Part shown: piece by piece, positions 9,368 to 18,960 of the stretch
Numbering within the stretch: position 1 is the stretch's first letter
Layout of the letters: each line of letters begins with the position of its first letter
Source: Escherichia phage phAPEC8
DNA: 64,000 nt
Sequence record: NC_020079.1
Direction: 5' to 3' (one strand)
Made by a program: the position numbers and the translations under genes
The notes under the pieces: model-generated
The model's database searches: none
The model's input: only the letters and a program-made list of their open reading frames with translations
Told to the model about the DNA's origin: nothing

Positions 9368-9805
9368 ATGTTCAAAGTTAATGCTGTTTACTGTTTCAAA
9401 AGTAAAGCTGCCTGTGAAGCTTTCTCTATGATCTCTGATGAAAATTTCAAAATGGCAGCTTTGATTGAAGGGTCTTGTTTCCGCGTCGAAGATGTTAGTG
9501 AATCAGGGTCTGTTTGCTCATTGACTTTATTGGACAGCGGGGATATTATTGAAGCTGGACAGTATCCGTTCAGAAGTTGGGAGATATTGTTAGCTCGCGG
9601 AGAGCGTAACTTTTTTATGTGTGTGTCTGCGGGGGAAGTTGTGAAAGAAACTAAGGATGTTTCTGTTTACAATTCTGAATTTATAAGTTATAGTGAGTAT
9701 CAACATCTGGAAGGCATTGTTGGTCACTTGTTATCTCTGATTGACGTTGAATGTGACCTGCCTGAATCATTGAAAGAAGAGTTGAAAGCATTAGATCTGT
9801 TATAA
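9368..9805 (+). CDS. hypothetical protein
   Basis: ORF, SD AAGGAG. Confidence 0.55.
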   Translation: MFKVNAVYCFKSKAACEAFSMISDENFKMAALIEGSCFRVEDVSESGSVCSLTLLDSGDIIEAGQYPFRSWEILLARGERNFFMCVSAGEVVKETKDVSVYNSEFISYSEYQHLEGIVGHLLSLIDVECDLPESLKEELKALDLL

Positions 9806-9832
9806 TGTTTCGCACAACGAAAGGAGAATAAG

Positions 9833-10132
9833 ATGAATCTGACCGAACAGTTACGCCGTATTGCAAAAGAAGCTTCCTTCAACTTCCCTGTTGAAGAAGT
9901 GATCGAGACATGTTTTGCTGAAGCACGAGCGGGAAACTCTTCAAGAAATTTCACGCCATCTGATTTTGGTCTGGATAATTCCCCTACCCACCCAGGGGAG
10001 ATCTACAATCAGGTGAAGTGGATGGATGAAGCAGTAGCAATTCTTCGTGAGCGTGGACTTATTGTTTATAAAGAAATGGATTTGAACGGAGCATACGAGT
10101 GGATCACTATTGATTGGTCGGAGGTGAAATGA
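9833..10132 (+). CDS. hypothetical protein
   Basis: ORF, SD AAGGAG. Confidence 0.55.
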   Translation: MNLTEQLRRIAKEASFNFPVEEVIETCFAEARAGNSSRNFTPSDFGLDNSPTHPGEIYNQVKWMDEAVAILRERGLIVYKEMDLNGAYEWITIDWSEVK

Positions 10133-10341
10133 TGGTTACTATTACATTGACAGTTACACAAGAGCAAGCAGAAGAATTGCGTGACGCAGTGGCATACATG
10201 GGACGTTCTTATTATATGCCTCATAAATCTCAAGATGTTTTTGCTACAGCCGTTGAGAAAGCTTTAAACAAATATCGAGAAACTCATGCCGTTCCTAAAG
10301 TATCAGCAGAAGAGTTTGGCACTTGGCACGAAGTTCACTAA
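10129..10341 (+). CDS. hypothetical protein
   Basis: ATG after GGAGGTG; track start 10114 is TTG. Confidence 0.5.
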   Translation: MMVTITLTVTQEQAEELRDAVAYMGRSYYMPHKSQDVFATAVEKALNKYRETHAVPKVSAEEFGTWHEVH

Positions 10342-10351
10342 GGAGGTTTCG

Positions 10352-10585
10352 ATGAAAGGTAACAAGATGAAAGTTAATCAGGTACCAAGCGCATACACTT
10401 TGTGGCTTGCGCGAGCGTTACACCAGACGATCAAAAACCCTAAGAAGCCAATGAAGAGCGGGAAGAAGTTTATGTCTAAGGGCAAAACAACCTTTGGCTT
10501 CACTCGTATGTCTGTTAAGATGAAAAGGCTGGGGTACAAGCCAAACTACGCTCGTTACCCTTCCGAATACAACTGGTTTGACTAA
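10352..10585 (+). CDS. small basic (Lys-rich) protein
   Basis: internal ATG with SD AAGGAGG. Confidence 0.5.
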   Translation: MKGNKMKVNQVPSAYTLWLARALHQTIKNPKKPMKSGKKFMSKGKTTFGFTRMSVKMKRLGYKPNYARYPSEYNWFD

Positions 10586-10598
10586 AAGGAGAAAGATT

Positions 10599-10775
10599 AT
10601 GGCTACTTTTCAACAATTGAAAGATGTTTCACGTTTAGTAAGAAAAATCCGAGAAGCAGACGCTGCTGTGCGGAATGCACTAACACCAGCAGAGCGTGAA
10701 GATCTTGAAGAGGAGGTGAAAACAGCCGAGAATGCTTTTGCTGTGTATCTTTCAACACTGCATACGGGAGGCTAA
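10599..10775 (+). CDS. hypothetical small protein
   Basis: ATG with SD AAGGAG. Confidence 0.5.
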   Translation: MATFQQLKDVSRLVRKIREADAAVRNALTPAEREDLEEEVKTAENAFAVYLSTLHTGG

Positions 10776-11090
10776 ATGTCAGAGGAACTTAAAGAATTTT
10801 ATCAAGCATATCATAACTGGCTGTTAGCTGGTGCTCCAGACAATAATCCTTTCTGGCATGATAAAGGTTTGTGCAGTTGCCTCTATCTTTGGTCTGGTGG
10901 TTATGATGATCTAAATTATGAAATGCAAATGCAATTCCGCGAAGCAGGATTGTCTGAAGAATACCCGTTTGATGACGGAGACTGGTTTAAATATGATTTT
11001 GCACAAAGAAACGGGCTATTGCATTTGAATGCTGCCCGTATAAAATGGGTAAAAGATCATGCTACACAGGAGGATGTGCAATGCCAATAG
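10776..11090 (+). CDS. paralog family A member 3
   Basis: EFYQAYHNWL, KGLCSCL, AGLSEEYPFD, RIKWVKDH. Confidence 0.6.
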   Translation: MSEELKEFYQAYHNWLLAGAPDNNPFWHDKGLCSCLYLWSGGYDDLNYEMQMQFREAGLSEEYPFDDGDWFKYDFAQRNGLLHLNAARIKWVKDHATQEDVQCQ

Positions 11091-11281
11091 TGTTTAGTTT
11101 CTTGGTAATTGTTATGGTTGTTCTTTTCGCGGCATGGCTTTGGGATTTTGACCCAGGAGCAGCGCAGCAAAGAGCTACAGACTGGAAAGAACAATGTATT
11201 GTGCTCAAACATGAACGAAATGCGGAGAAATTTCTTGACCTGGAGTGTGATCGCCTTGTAAGATACAAGCAAGATAAATAA
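11081..11281 (+). CDS. small membrane protein
   Basis: ATG with SD AGGAGG; N-terminal hydrophobic helix. Confidence 0.5.
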   Translation: MPIVFSFLVIVMVVLFAAWLWDFDPGAAQQRATDWKEQCIVLKHERNAEKFLDLECDRLVRYKQDK

Positions 11282-11295
11282 CCTTGAGGTGCAAA

Positions 11296-11484
11296 ATGAT
11301 AATTGAGATTAAACTTGAATATGCTGGGGCTGTTGCTCTGATCGCACAAATGCTTGGAGCAAAGATTGAAGAAGTGTATATCAATGCCTGGAGCGTAGAG
11401 ATTGATGTTCCTATGGACAACATTGCTAATCGCTTGCTGGTGGCAGAGTGTGAACGCACCAACATAATCTACAAAGGAGCATAA
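11296..11484 (+). CDS. hypothetical small protein
   Basis: ATG with SD GAGGTG. Confidence 0.45.
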   Translation: MIIEIKLEYAGAVALIAQMLGAKIEEVYINAWSVEIDVPMDNIANRLLVAECERTNIIYKGA

Positions 11485-11485
11485 T

Positions 11486-11707
11486 ATGAAAATTAGAGTT
11501 TGTGATGTATTGGGTTATGTTGGTTTTGAGAATGTTCAGATTCCTTTTATTGTTGAAGCACATCTTGTTAGTGATGATATGACAACATTCTTTGTTACGA
11601 TAGAAGAAATGTCCAAAGTTGAGGGATGGGAGTGGTTTGAAGAAGATGTTTGGGAAGGTTGTGATTACGTATTTTTCTCTGACGAAGTGAATGTTCTTTC
11701 GGAGTAG
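11486..11707 (+). CDS. paralog family B member 2
   Basis: EGWEWFEEDVWEGCDYVFFSDEVN matches 7985-8206 C-terminus. Confidence 0.5.
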   Translation: MKIRVCDVLGYVGFENVQIPFIVEAHLVSDDMTTFFVTIEEMSKVEGWEWFEEDVWEGCDYVFFSDEVNVLSE

Positions 11708-11709
11708 GT

Positions 11710-11916
11710 ATGTCTCGTTTTACAAAAGCAGTGTCCATATGTAAGAAACAGTATGAAAGTGATTACGGAATATTTAATATTCCAGCGGATCATACAGAGT
11801 ATTGTTCATGTGGTAGCAGAATGAAGAAAACAGTGATTTATGCGGATAATGGAGATGAACTTGTTCCGGTTATGGTTTGCAAAGCTTGTCATTCTGTTAA
11901 AACATTAAAAGCGTAA
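11710..11916 (+). CDS. small Cys-rich (zinc-ribbon-like) protein
   Basis: CSCGSR ... CKACH pairs. Confidence 0.45.
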   Translation: MSRFTKAVSICKKQYESDYGIFNIPADHTEYCSCGSRMKKTVIYADNGDELVPVMVCKACHSVKTLKA

Positions 11917-12011
11917 GGAGTCGGGACACCCGACGATTGGAGCTAAAAATTTTGCGTACAACCCTTTCCGCCCAACAGGGGCGCGTCGGGTAAATAAAGA
12001 GGAGAGTTTAT

Positions 12012-12410
12012 ATGAAAAAGATCATCGTAGGTTTATTGTTACTCATTGCATCACTCGGAACAGCAAATGCGTCTCAAGTTTATGAGTGTGTGTCAGAGGT
12101 GGTTGTTAAAAATCTGAAAGGTGAAGTGATTTCTGGTCCTAAGAAAATGGCTTCTGTTGTCATTAATAAAGATAACTCCTTTATCCTTAAAAATTCAGGT
12201 GGTGCTTTGATGAGTGGCATTCTGCAATACACAGGAGAAAAAAGTAAAGATGGTAGTGCTATGTATGGTTCACAACAGTTTATTGGCACTACTGAAGTTG
12301 TGATGATGCGCACAGAGTATCGAGACACTTTAGCTTGGTTTGCATTTCTAAAAAATGATAAAACAATAACGAATGTTCTTACTCTAGAAGCTGATTGTAC
12401 GCAACGATAA
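12012..12410 (+). CDS. secreted protein
   Basis: signal-peptide-like MKKIIVGLLLLIASLGTANA; SD AGAGGAGAG. Confidence 0.55.
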   Translation: MKKIIVGLLLLIASLGTANASQVYECVSEVVVKNLKGEVISGPKKMASVVINKDNSFILKNSGGALMSGILQYTGEKSKDGSAMYGSQQFIGTTEVVMMRTEYRDTLAWFAFLKNDKTITNVLTLEADCTQR

Positions 12411-12419
12411 GGGGGATTT

Positions 12420-12875
12420 ATGACTAAAATGAGACATTACGCTGTAAACTGCAACGATGCTTGGCGTTTGTGTCCTGATGATCCGACAGAAGGCACATTT
12501 GTAAGATATGAAGATTATAAAAAGTTATCGGATGCTGTAATCGCATTGTTAACTGATATCCGTTCACGTTATCCAGGACAAGATTTCACTTGCCCTCACA
12601 TCAAACTTCTTGCTTGCCTGGTAGAAGGTGAGAAAGAAGTGGAAGATGGCTTCAAGCGTGTAGAGTATCAAGGTGAAACTTTAGATGTTCCTGAATTTGT
12701 TAATTATATTGCAACAGATTCAAGTGGCGAGCGTTATGGTTACACTCATAAACCGGAGATTCCAGATTTCGCTTATGCGTGGCGTATTCCTTATGAAGTT
12801 TTTAATGTTGCAGATTGCTGGTATTTAGGAGAAGGAAACAACCTTAATTGGCGTGATTCCTTGGTTCAGGTTTAA
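12420..12875 (+). CDS. hypothetical protein
   Basis: ORF, SD AAGGGGGA. Confidence 0.55.
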   Translation: MTKMRHYAVNCNDAWRLCPDDPTEGTFVRYEDYKKLSDAVIALLTDIRSRYPGQDFTCPHIKLLACLVEGEKEVEDGFKRVEYQGETLDVPEFVNYIATDSSGERYGYTHKPEIPDFAYAWRIPYEVFNVADCWYLGEGNNLNWRDSLVQV

Positions 12876-12879
12876 CAAT

Positions 12880-13143
12880 ATGAAAGAGACATTACCAGCA
12901 GCATACCGTTTGAATGATGAACGTATTTGGGAGTGGACCGACGTTTCTTGTTTTTACCCTGAAATAGTTCAATATTGGCGAGCAAAAGGGTGTGTTGTAG
13001 TTATCAACCCATGTGGACCAGTGGATGAAGATTGCTTGTATCTCGATGGAAAGTGGCACAGTTATTGTCGCTGGCCTTTTGAGTGGATGTGTAAAGAAGA
13101 TCTCCCAGAGGGTTGGGAGTATCCAAAAGCAAATAGGAGATAA
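12880..13143 (+). CDS. hypothetical Cys/Trp-rich protein
   Basis: ATG 12880 avoids overlap; track start is GTG 12853. Confidence 0.45.
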   Translation: MKETLPAAYRLNDERIWEWTDVSCFYPEIVQYWRAKGCVVVINPCGPVDEDCLYLDGKWHSYCRWPFEWMCKEDLPEGWEYPKANRR

Positions 13144-13144
13144 T

Positions 13145-13507
13145 ATGTCTAAAGATTTTGTTGAAATGTTTGTCAAAGATGAAGAAACTGGTTTAGGCAC
13201 AGGTTTCATTTGTGAAGAAACCTTTAAACGTGAACAAGAAAAAGCTATTCTTATGCGAAACTATGATCACGCATTAGAACAATGGAAAAATGCAGAACAA
13301 AAATGCAAAAACCTTTATGCAGAAAATAGAAAACTACAAGATCAAATGGAGTTGTTAGCTATCAGTTTACGATCTCTCATTTTGGCTGTAGAAGATGGTT
13401 TTAAAAATCCAGATGGTTTTCCTGTGAGCGATATTGAACATGATTTGTATCTTGCTCGTGGTGCTTACTTCTATGTTAAACAGAAGTCTGTAGAAGGAGA
13501 GAAGTGA
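13145..13507 (+). CDS. hypothetical protein
   Basis: internal ATG with SD AATAGGAGA. Confidence 0.5.
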   Translation: MSKDFVEMFVKDEETGLGTGFICEETFKREQEKAILMRNYDHALEQWKNAEQKCKNLYAENRKLQDQMELLAISLRSLILAVEDGFKNPDGFPVSDIEHDLYLARGAYFYVKQKSVEGEK

Positions 13508-13704
13508 TGGAAGAAAAACTGGAACGTATTATCGAGTTAGCCATGTCTATTGGCTACGACGATTGTTTTCTCCAAACTATTGGAGAAACAGAGAACGATT
13601 ACGACTCTTGGGTGAAAGAGTTGGAAGAACTTAAAACTTCCTTGATTGCTGACTTTGCTGAAGCAGAGGATAAAGCAGATCGTTACAACTATCTGTGTCG
13701 ATAA
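13507..13704 (+). CDS. hypothetical small acidic protein
   Basis: ATG after SD GAAGGAGAG. Confidence 0.5.
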   Translation: MEEKLERIIELAMSIGYDDCFLQTIGETENDYDSWVKELEELKTSLIADFAEAEDKADRYNYLCR

Positions 13705-13766
13705 GCCTTGACATTTATTTTATGTATGGTATACATACATTATCAACGTGAGCAAGGTGGTGTAAT

Positions 13767-14039
13767 ATGAATAAAGATCGGTTTCTTTCTTTAGTCGCGG
13801 AAGCTCCTTTTGATGTTCTTGGGGTGAGATTATGGAAAGACAGAAACTATGGGTTAGATGTTCAAACATACTCTCTTTGGTTGGTTGGGGAACACAGCTT
13901 AGATGAAAGCTTGTGCATGGGTAGGGATTCTCGTTCCCTCTGTTTAAAGTTCAGAAGCTTAGAACGCGCAAACAAAGAGCAAGAAAAACTAACGAGGTGG
14001 CTAAATGAAAACAAGCGCAAGGTTGATGGAGTTTTATAA
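13767..14039 (+). CDS. hypothetical protein
   Basis: ORF after promoter TTGACA 13707-13712; SD AAGGTGG. Confidence 0.5.
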   Translation: MNKDRFLSLVAEAPFDVLGVRLWKDRNYGLDVQTYSLWLVGEHSLDESLCMGRDSRSLCLKFRSLERANKEQEKLTRWLNENKRKVDGVL

Positions 14040-14331
14040 AATTTATCTAGCATGGATTGATGTTGGTGCTCCTGATGGTAAACCTTTTCGGCGGGATTGC
14101 GGTTTGTGTGCCAACTTATTCGACTATGTGCACGCGGATGGCTACAATCCCCTTATAACAACCTTGTCAGATGAAATGCACGCACAGTTTTACCACAAAG
14201 GGTTGAGTCAAGAATTACCCTTCAATGAGAACTACGATGCATATGTCTTAGAATCAGATGCAGAGGTATGTCACCTGAATGTGGACAGGATTAATTGGGT
14301 AAGAGATCGTATTGCAGAGGAGGATGAATAA
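14005..14331 (+). CDS. paralog family A member 4
   Basis: MEFYKIYLAWI, CGLCANL, KGLSQELPFN, RINWVRDRI. Confidence 0.6.
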   Translation: MKTSARLMEFYKIYLAWIDVGAPDGKPFRRDCGLCANLFDYVHADGYNPLITTLSDEMHAQFYHKGLSQELPFNENYDAYVLESDAEVCHLNVDRINWVRDRIAEEDE

Positions 14332-14558
14332 TGTCGGATTATAACTGGTATGAACTTGAGGCTGTTTGTCAGTTTTATGACTCAATAGTTCTGCGTGATC
14401 CAATCTGTCAAGAATTGAGTCGCCGTGCAAGTGCATTGGCAATCCGTGTTAAAATAAACGGTTGGAACGCAGATTTGGAAAAAGAGTTGGAATTTCTCTT
14501 AGAAAACACGCGGGTCTTCCGCAAAGTGTTCCCTGAATGGTTTGAGATGGAAGAATGA
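14331..14558 (+). CDS. hypothetical protein
   Basis: ORF, SD GAGGAGG. Confidence 0.55.
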   Translation: MSDYNWYELEAVCQFYDSIVLRDPICQELSRRASALAIRVKINGWNADLEKELEFLLENTRVFRKVFPEWFEMEE

Positions 14559-14773
14559 TCATGTGGATTGTGCGTCTTAAGTATGATGGCAAGTTTCCGT
14601 GGGAGAAAGATGTTTGTGCTTGTGATTCGGCAGCACATGCCAAAGCAGCGGGTCAGGCAGTAGTTGACATGTATAACAACACTTCCGTTGATCCAGAAAT
14701 GGCAGGTGTTACAATGAGCATGTTCACTTACTATTCTTTTGAGGTTTACTATCATGAAGGAGAGTGGAAATGA
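14555..14773 (+). CDS. hypothetical protein
   Basis: ORF, overlaps neighbours by 4 nt. Confidence 0.5.
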   Translation: MIMWIVRLKYDGKFPWEKDVCACDSAAHAKAAGQAVVDMYNNTSVDPEMAGVTMSMFTYYSFEVYYHEGEWK

Positions 14774-15090
14774 GCGAAGAACTATTAACATTTTACCGCA
14801 CGTATTTGGCATGGTTGGAAGCTGGTGCTCCTGAAGGCGAACCGTTCACCCGTTGCACAGGTTTGTGCTCGAACCTCTATGATTTTTACGATATGGGTGA
14901 AAGCGAACGATACGAACCCGTACTGGATGAAATGCATGAGCAGTTCTACCACAAAGATTTGGTTATGGTGTTGCCTTTCAACAGTAATTTTGGAAAGTAC
15001 ACCTTAGAAGCGGAAAAAAGCCGTTGTCATTTGAATGTGGATCGTGTGAACTGGGTAAAAGAACGTGTAGCAGAAGAAATAAATAGTTGA
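14770..15090 (+). CDS. paralog family A member 5
   Basis: MSEELLTFYRTYLAWL, TGLCSNL, LPFN, RVNWVKERV; ATG chosen over GTG 14764. Confidence 0.6.
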   Translation: MSEELLTFYRTYLAWLEAGAPEGEPFTRCTGLCSNLYDFYDMGESERYEPVLDEMHEQFYHKDLVMVLPFNSNFGKYTLEAEKSRCHLNVDRVNWVKERVAEEINS

Positions 15091-15144
15091 CAGAAGGATC
15101 TGTCTTTGTCATAATCATCTCATCGAAACAAAGAGGAGAAAATC

Positions 15145-15699
15145 ATGAAAAAGTTTATTTGCACCCGTTCCACTAACAGTGATATCCTTGTAGGTAAGGT
15201 TATCAAAGGAGAACTCTTCCATGCAAACGGTAAGAAATATATTCTGCTGAAAGATTCTTTCAACGGGGAATATCCGCGCTGCACTTTCTTCAATTACAAC
15301 ACTCCATTTGCTTTAGAAGGAGATGCTTGGGACTGGGCTGAACTTCATCCTTTCTGTGAAGATGGACAGACAGAAGAGCAGGAAGAATCTACGGGAAGTT
15401 TACGTGATAAATTGCGTAATAAAGCACTGCAAGCAAATTCCCATTTTACTGAAATGGTAGACGCCGTTCTATTAGAGATTGAAGATTGTGCGGAACAAGG
15501 GAAGTTTGAAAAATACTTTGAACCTTCCAGTTTTGGTTTGTGCAATAACCCTTCTTCTTATGAACAGATAAGTGAACAGAAAAGAGGGGCAAATGTTGTA
15601 GCTACAATACTACGTGCAAAAGGTTTGGATGTAACATTGGCAACCGCAGAGCACAGTATTTTTGGGATTATCAAACACATCATTATTAGTTGGAACTAA
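15145..15699 (+). CDS. hypothetical protein
   Basis: ORF after promoter TTGACA(15087)/CATAAT with inverted repeat GACAG..CTGTC in the spacer. Confidence 0.55.
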   Translation: MKKFICTRSTNSDILVGKVIKGELFHANGKKYILLKDSFNGEYPRCTFFNYNTPFALEGDAWDWAELHPFCEDGQTEEQEESTGSLRDKLRNKALQANSHFTEMVDAVLLEIEDCAEQGKFEKYFEPSSFGLCNNPSSYEQISEQKRGANVVATILRAKGLDVTLATAEHSIFGIIKHIIISWN

Positions 15700-15709
15700 A
15701 GGAGAGAAT

Positions 15710-16009
15710 ATGCAAGTTGAAGACCTGATCCACATCCTGAATAAAGCCAAAGAGAAGGGTGCTATCAAAGACTGGAAACGTGAAACAAGTGAAGATTTAT
15801 CTCACTGTTGTCGAGAATTTTACATCGAAGGTATTGCTAACGATCATTATACTATTGAATGGTATATCAACTTAATGACTCTTAAGCACGGTTCGTTTGA
15901 GGTTTGGTTTGATGACATTGATGTAAATGGTTTTCATCCTGGCTATAAAATCGCTATGCAGTTATCTTATCGTAGAGAAGTTGTAGCACATTTAGGTTTA
16001 CATAACTAA
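15710..16009 (+). CDS. hypothetical protein
   Basis: ATG with SD AAGGAGAG. Confidence 0.5.
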   Translation: MQVEDLIHILNKAKEKGAIKDWKRETSEDLSHCCREFYIEGIANDHYTIEWYINLMTLKHGSFEVWFDDIDVNGFHPGYKIAMQLSYRREVVAHLGLHN

Positions 16010-16019
16010 GGAGAAAAGA

Positions 16020-16343
16020 ATGCAAGCAGTTGTTAACGAAGCTATTATGAACTTATCCTTCTTGTTAGCTGGTTTAGGAGGTGTCCTCATAGGTTTGGCT
16101 CTTATCTGGTGTATTCGTCGATTAATCGGGTACCGACAAAAAGGTGTTTCATGTTTTGTATCTTACAATTTTACAACTGCTTACAGCAATGAGGTTGGAT
16201 CTGGCAATGCTCAAGCATTTTTACCAACATATCCTCCTACGGTGGAAGATATTCGAAACTTGGAAGTAGAACTTATGGGACTAGGTGATAACTATACATC
16301 TCTAGTTATTCAAAATATTTTTCGACTAAAACAGGGGGAGTGA
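16020..16343 (+). CDS. membrane protein
   Basis: TM-like LSFLLAGLGGVLIGLALIWCI; SD AAGGAGAA. Confidence 0.55.
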   Translation: MQAVVNEAIMNLSFLLAGLGGVLIGLALIWCIRRLIGYRQKGVSCFVSYNFTTAYSNEVGSGNAQAFLPTYPPTVEDIRNLEVELMGLGDNYTSLVIQNIFRLKQGE

Positions 16344-16556
16344 ATGAAGGTACATTACCCTCATCCGTTTGATCCTAAAAACAAAGCCGTAATTCTTCGT
16401 CAGTGGCAACGGGTTTGTCGTACTAAATGTCCAATCAATAGCCCACACAATGTAGACAAGGACTATCTTGGGACATTTGTTGAATACACTTACATAGACA
16501 AAAACAAGCGTAAACAACATGTCGAGGAATACTGCTTAAGAGTAGAATGGCTGTAA
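16344..16556 (+). CDS. hypothetical small protein
   Basis: ORF, SD GGGGGAG. Confidence 0.5.
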   Translation: MKVHYPHPFDPKNKAVILRQWQRVCRTKCPINSPHNVDKDYLGTFVEYTYIDKNKRKQHVEEYCLRVEWL

Positions 16557-16626
16557 ATAATAAATACCTTGACAAGTGTTTATTCGTTTTGTAAAGTGAG
16601 AATACAGCAATGGTTTAGGAGTGGTT

Positions 16627-17298
16627 ATGAAAAAGTTTGTTGTTTACAGTCGTCTTTCTAAACAGAAAAAAGGTGAGGCACAATATGGTATGGAGAGCCA
16701 AGAGAATGATATCCGTTACTTCTTAGACTCTGTGCCTGATGCGGAAGTTATTGGTCAATTTTCTGAATACTATTCGGGTAAGGGCGATTGGAAGCAACGT
16801 AAGGAACTGGTTAAAGCGGTTGAAATGTGTAAAGCTACCGGAGCAACTTTATTGGTAGCTAAAGTTGACCGCTTGGGTCGTAACAACGCCTCCGTAGCAA
16901 CTCTTCTAGAGATGATCGATGTTAAGATAGCCATCATGCCAGACGCAGATAAAATGGTTATACAGCTTCTGTCTGTTCTGGCTGAACAAGAAGTTAGAGG
17001 TATTGCTGATCGTATTAAAAAGGGTCTTGCTGTAGCAAAAAGCAAAGGTGTTTTATTAGGCAGTGCTAATCCTAAAACTGCCGCTGCACGTAGAAAAGGG
17101 AAAATGGAATACAACTCTGTTAAAGCAGACGCTTTTGCAGAGACATTCCGTGAACGCTTGGAGATCCTTAGAGATTTAAATACACCTTACAAAACTATTG
17201 CTGAAAAATTCAATAGTAAGAAAATAGCAACAGCACGTGGTGGTAAATGGGATGCTAAAACTGTTTCTCGTTTGTGTGCCAGACTGAACATTAAATAG
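16627..17298 (+). CDS. small serine recombinase (resolvase/invertase family)
   Basis: YSRLS (Ser nucleophile context), LLVAKVDRLGRN, E-helix LSVLAEQEVRGIADR; own TTGACA promoter at 16571. Confidence 0.7.
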   Translation: MKKFVVYSRLSKQKKGEAQYGMESQENDIRYFLDSVPDAEVIGQFSEYYSGKGDWKQRKELVKAVEMCKATGATLLVAKVDRLGRNNASVATLLEMIDVKIAIMPDADKMVIQLLSVLAEQEVRGIADRIKKGLAVAKSKGVLLGSANPKTAAARRKGKMEYNSVKADAFAETFRERLEILRDLNTPYKTIAEKFNSKKIATARGGKWDAKTVSRLCARLNIK

Positions 17299-17306
17299 GA
17301 GAGGAT

Positions 17307-17729
17307 ATGAAACAAGAAAATGAATCTGTAGATCACTTAATCATGCTGTCAGCCCTTTTTGCCGGATGGGACGTATTTTTTGAAAATTTGTTCAATTCTT
17401 CTACAGATGGTTCCGATTTTATGCGCCAGTTTAAACGACGAACTGTTGAGGACTATGCTTTCTATTCAGGTCGGATTGAAAAAGGTTACGAAGATACAAA
17501 TACAACACTCACCATTAAAGTTTTAGATGTGATGTTTAGTGTTATAGATGCTATCGACGAAAGTCTTCCGATCCTAGACAATTGTAATACGAAAGCCTAT
17601 GTTTACAAAATAGCTCGTGCTTATGTGTCTGCAAACAGTTGTCTTCTTTCCACCCAGATTGCCGTGAACAATCTTGCCAACTTGTTTGATGAAGGAGAAA
17701 CTTTTTATGACAATCGATTTGAAGTGTAA
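17307..17729 (+). CDS. hypothetical protein
   Basis: ORF, SD TAGGAGAGG. Confidence 0.5.
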   Translation: MKQENESVDHLIMLSALFAGWDVFFENLFNSSTDGSDFMRQFKRRTVEDYAFYSGRIEKGYEDTNTTLTIKVLDVMFSVIDAIDESLPILDNCNTKAYVYKIARAYVSANSCLLSTQIAVNNLANLFDEGETFYDNRFEV

Positions 17730-18072
17730 GAGGATTCTTTTAGATTTCTATAATAATTGGTTAGAACACCTCCGTCTCTTTCCAAGAGAAAGTGGTTACG
17801 CTGATGTTGGCTTATGCCGAGGTCTGCGTATGTATATAAGTGATGAATTTCGGGCAGAGCATTCTTTAGCATATTCTGTTTATGGTATGCAATTAGCCAG
17901 TTTTGAAAACGCTGGCTTAGATACAACTTTCCCATTTAACACAGCAAAATCTTTTGATCAAGAGTGTAAGGAAAAACGTTGCATGTTTAATGAAAAACGT
18001 GTACAGTGGGTTAAGGATCGAGTTAAACAACTGGAACAAGAGTTGGATTTCTTCTATGATGAGGCAGAATAA
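17707..18072 (+). CDS. paralog family A member 6
   Basis: LLDFYNNWL, VGLCRGL, AGLDTTFPFN, RVQWVKDRV; ATG after GAAGGAGAA. Confidence 0.55.
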   Translation: MTIDLKCKRILLDFYNNWLEHLRLFPRESGYADVGLCRGLRMYISDEFRAEHSLAYSVYGMQLASFENAGLDTTFPFNTAKSFDQECKEKRCMFNEKRVQWVKDRVKQLEQELDFFYDEAE

Positions 18073-18344
18073 TGGATAGACAAACCTTAAAAACAATGGC
18101 AGATGCCACTAATTCCCCGTACTTTGAAAAAGTAAGTAAATTGGTAGCTCAAGCCGCAGAGGAAGGATATTATAACATAAACATCCATAACCCAAGTCTT
18201 ATACTAGAAATGCCAAGTGATAAGAAGATACAAGAGAGTATCTGTGAAGGTATTGTTAGTTACTGGCGCGAGCGTGGGTGTGGTGCAAACATGGCTTTAG
18301 ACAGTGCAAACATTGTAAGATATATAAATATTTCTTGGGGGTGA
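18072..18344 (+). CDS. hypothetical protein
   Basis: ORF tiling. Confidence 0.5.
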   Translation: MDRQTLKTMADATNSPYFEKVSKLVAQAAEEGYYNINIHNPSLILEMPSDKKIQESICEGIVSYWRERGCGANMALDSANIVRYINISWG

Positions 18345-18348
18345 TTTT

Positions 18349-18960
18349 ATGATTCAATGCACTCATATCCAAATTACTTGGAGAGATGAACTTTACCATT
18401 TGGGACAATTTACTGTAGGGGAAACATACCCTGTCATTAAACATAATCCTAACATCGCAAACTTTGATAGGATGGTTCTTGTTGAGGACGATCTGGGTCA
18501 AACTTATTCTTTAGATCTAAAATATCCGTTTTCTTACGGCTACGATTGGATCGTTACTTTTGAAGACGTGGAGGAAAATAAAACAATGAACGAAAAAAAT
18601 TCTTGGTATTATCGTTGTGAACTGCCGCCAGTAGGTGAAAAGGTTATCTTTGTTCCTGATTTGGAAAGATATTCTTGGGACAGTTCTTATTCTATTCCTA
18701 AAGAAGGCACCGAAGTTGAAGTTATTGCACATCGCACAACTTCGCATGGTAACGATGTAGCAGTTGTTTTCTGGGATGATGAAGGCGCTGCTTGTGCAGG
18801 TGGCTTTGTTGCAGGTAATTTTGAACCCCTGCCAGATCCTTTGAAGGAGGCAATTTTAGGCGTAGCTTCTTTTGGACTCTCTTACACATCTGCACAAGAG
18901 ATCGTAGAAGGTATTTTAAACGGTACCGTTCCAAACGAAATTTTTAAACAGATTAAATAA
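18349..18960 (+). CDS. hypothetical protein
   Basis: ORF, SD GGGGGTGA; hairpin CACCCCGTTCTGCGGGGTG + T-rich tract follows. Confidence 0.55.
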   Translation: MIQCTHIQITWRDELYHLGQFTVGETYPVIKHNPNIANFDRMVLVEDDLGQTYSLDLKYPFSYGYDWIVTFEDVEENKTMNEKNSWYYRCELPPVGEKVIFVPDLERYSWDSSYSIPKEGTEVEVIAHRTTSHGNDVAVVFWDDEGAACAGGFVAGNFEPLPDPLKEAILGVASFGLSYTSAQEIVEGILNGTVPNEIFKQIK

